Shown here piece after piece: positions 61,697-64,000 of a DNA stretch of 64,000 bases. Origin of the DNA: Laetmonice hystrix (Eukaryota); NCBI GenBank assembly GCA_965235115.1, contig OZ249440.1:35714001-35778000 (forward strand), read 5' to 3'. The first letter of the stretch is position 1; the number at the start of each line of letters is the position of its first letter. The translations under genes and the position numbers were made by a program. Below the pieces are notes generated by a model. That model made no database searches. It had not been told where the DNA came from and was given only the letters and a program-made list of their open reading frames with translations.

Positions 61697-63783
61697 TGTA
61701 AGGAAAATTGGGTCATTTGGTATATTTTAATGTTCGCATATATATTTCAGTGCATATCCGTATATACTCCCCAATTATCCTTATAAGTAACAAGTTCTCT
61801 TGCGTATTTCTCTAGGGATTTCGGGTGTTTAATTGCGACCAGTGATTGGACTAATAACTTATCAACACGTGGGCGGGCTTCCCTGCACTTAGTCATTTGG
61901 TCCTGGCTATGTTGCATCCGGGGTTGTATTTCAGTAACACACGCAGTCACGTGAAAGGCTGGCTGCGTGGCAACAGCGTCCAAGTCACGTGACAACCCAC
62001 CCGACATCCCTGGTGCCCTCGATCAGCTGTCATTCATAGACACCGATCATTATATATTCAGCATATAAGCTTCCTAATAGGATGTTGGTGACGACATTGT
62101 TTGATGGACATATATGTGTGTTCCGGTCCTTCTCTGACTGGTCGTTAGTGACATCACTCTCCAACTTTAGTAATCCTGTTAGGTACAGTAGCTTTGGAGT
62201 CTGTATATATATTCTTGTATATCCTGTTTAACTTCACTCTGCAACCACTCTGCAAATACTCTGTGAACACTTCGCTACTCTGTGCTTGACTTTGCCGGTG
62301 ACTCTTATTGAGTCCCGGTAATAAAGTATCTACATCTATCATCGTTTTGCTTCCTCGCGCCATGCCGACGTAAAGAACAGTTAAAGAGACAACCCCGTGT
62401 GTATCGGTGACCCGGGAGGCTTCTGCAGAGTCCCTGCCCGGCAAACCCTTACATGCGTATTCTGGCATCACAGGCGGTTCCTATGGATGACAAACGAGAG
62501 ACTATGGTTACCCGGTTGAACCTGACGAGGTCACAGGCGGTTTCTATATAGGTACCCAGCCATCCAGTCGGTCGTCCGGCGAGCGGCGACGAGAGCAATT
62601 GGTGAGCTGATGACAGTGATTGAGCGAATATTGGGTGATCGGTGTTCAGTGTCTCTCCAGAATCGCGTGAGCGAACACCAACGGACGGCACCCGAGTGTT
62701 CCCAGATGTGGACGCGCCAAATCGCAGCGCAATTAAATTCACGGGACATATAGAGTGCCATGTATCTTGGTACTTCTGGTGTTAACATGTATCTTGATTG
62801 TATGTATGTACTGTTTTGTGTGCAACAAACAGAAAAAGTTGCATACACTCATTGTTAAGTTGCCTCCTCCCCCTTTCTATGGTAATGAGGATAGGGAGAT
62901 GCGAACCATAAATACTCGGTTACCACTTACCTCCCCCCCAGAACGGAAAGTGTAGAGTGTGAAGACGCCTTGTCAAATAGCTCGGGAAAGCCCGGGCGGC
63001 GTCTTCACAAGATAATGGGGGGTTGTGTAAGGAAAATTGGGTCATTTGGTATATTTTAATGTTCGCATATATATTTCAGTGCATATCCGTATATACTCCC
63101 CAATTATCCTTATAAGTAACAAGTTCTCTTGCGTATTTCTCTAGGGATTTCGGGTGTTTAATTGCGACCAGTGATTGGACTATTAACTTATCAACACGTG
63201 GGCGGGCTTCCCTGCACTTAGTCATTTGGTCCTGGCTATGTTGCATCCGGGGTTGTATTTCAGTAACACACGCAGTCACGTGAAAGGCTGGCTGCGTGGC
63301 AACAGCGTCCAAGTCACGTGACAACCCACCCGACATCCCTGGTGCCCTCGATCAGCTGTCATTCAGAGACACCGATCATTATATATTCAGCATATAAGCT
63401 TCCTAATAGGATGCTGGTGACGACATTGTTTGATGGACATATATGTGTGTTCCGGTCCTTCTCTGACTGGTCGTTAGTGACATCACTCTCCAACTTTAGT
63501 AATCCTGTTAGGTACAGTAGCTTTGGAGTCTGTATATATATTCTTGTATATCCTGTTTAACCTCACTCTGCAACCACTCTGCAAATACTCTGTGAACACT
63601 TCGCTACTCTGTGCTTGACTTTGCCGGTGACTCTTATTGAGTCCCGGTAATAAAGTATCTACATCTTATCATCGTTTTGCTTCCTCGCGCCATGCCGACG
63701 TAAAGAACAGTTAAAGAGACAACCCCGTGTGTATCGGTGACCCGGGAGGCTTCTGCAGAGTCCCTGCCCGGCAAACCCTTACA
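61697..63783 (+). mobile_element. Young non-coding LTR element (TRIM/LARD-like): LTRs 61697-62453 and 63026-63783, 572-bp internal region
   Basis: TG..CA LTRs differing at about 5 sites, TSD CTTA, PBS-like TGGCATCACAGG at about 62463, PPT-like GATAATGGGGGG; empty site GGCCCTTATCC in sister units. Confidence 0.93.
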
Positions 63784-64000
63784 CTTATCCTCAGTGAGAA
63801 TCCACCTTCTCCATTTGTTATATAGACCCAACATTAATAATTACGTTATGAAACCATTAGCTCTAACCCATTGTTGCGGCTAGGCTTCGCTGCCGCTGGA
63901 CATTTAATATAGTTGGCCTCCCCCGTATATATATGTATATATATATATATATTACATTATCAGGATAATGGGATTTATTGGAGTTGGAAGGCAGTAATTG

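Larger units (their letters stand above)
56850..64000. repeat. Tandem duplication: 945-bp unit x4 arranged as a ~3157-bp higher-order unit
   Basis: Exon copies at 57375, 58320, 60533 and 61477 (spacings 945, 2213, 944); each unit carries a LINE tail; sequence after 63784 resumes the 58536-type unit. Confidence 0.92.

Noticed and set aside
61747..63336. Duplicated 86-aa - strand ORF
   Set aside because: Lies within the two LTR copies; duplication is explained by the LTRs and no domain is recognisable.

Overview
Eukaryotic, almost certainly invertebrate (probably marine, spiralian-like; species not identifiable from sequence alone) transposon-saturated window with no intact cellular gene. Main contents: (1) about 12 independent copies or tails of one I-group LINE (APE-RT-RNase H), all on the - strand, one with an intact 1227-aa ORF2 and three with clear target-site duplications. 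(2) About 20 short, deletion-riddled relics of unrelated TEs (Harbinger, MULE, THAP/Kolobok, tyrosine recombinase, Gypsy, BEL, CR1, BEN), essentially all on the + strand. (3) A Helentron-type non-autonomous element carrying a 258-bp satellite with a 5-mer higher-order repeat, inside a MULE intron. (4) Three different LTR elements with class-I F-type envelope genes. The best preserved (50949-55920) is a young, pol-deleted, retrovirus-like provirus with a tRNA-His PBS, a splice donor, gag, env, a complete dUTPase and an acidic accessory ORF with SUMO-interacting-like motifs. (5) A tandem amplification of an 81-nt RI/NLR-type LRR exon, invaded by a solo LTR and a young non-coding LTR element. The most interesting signals are the env+dUTPase+accessory provirus, the strand asymmetry suggestive of a uni-strand piRNA cluster, and the LRR-exon array. 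All family assignments come from recognising motifs by eye; no database search was run.
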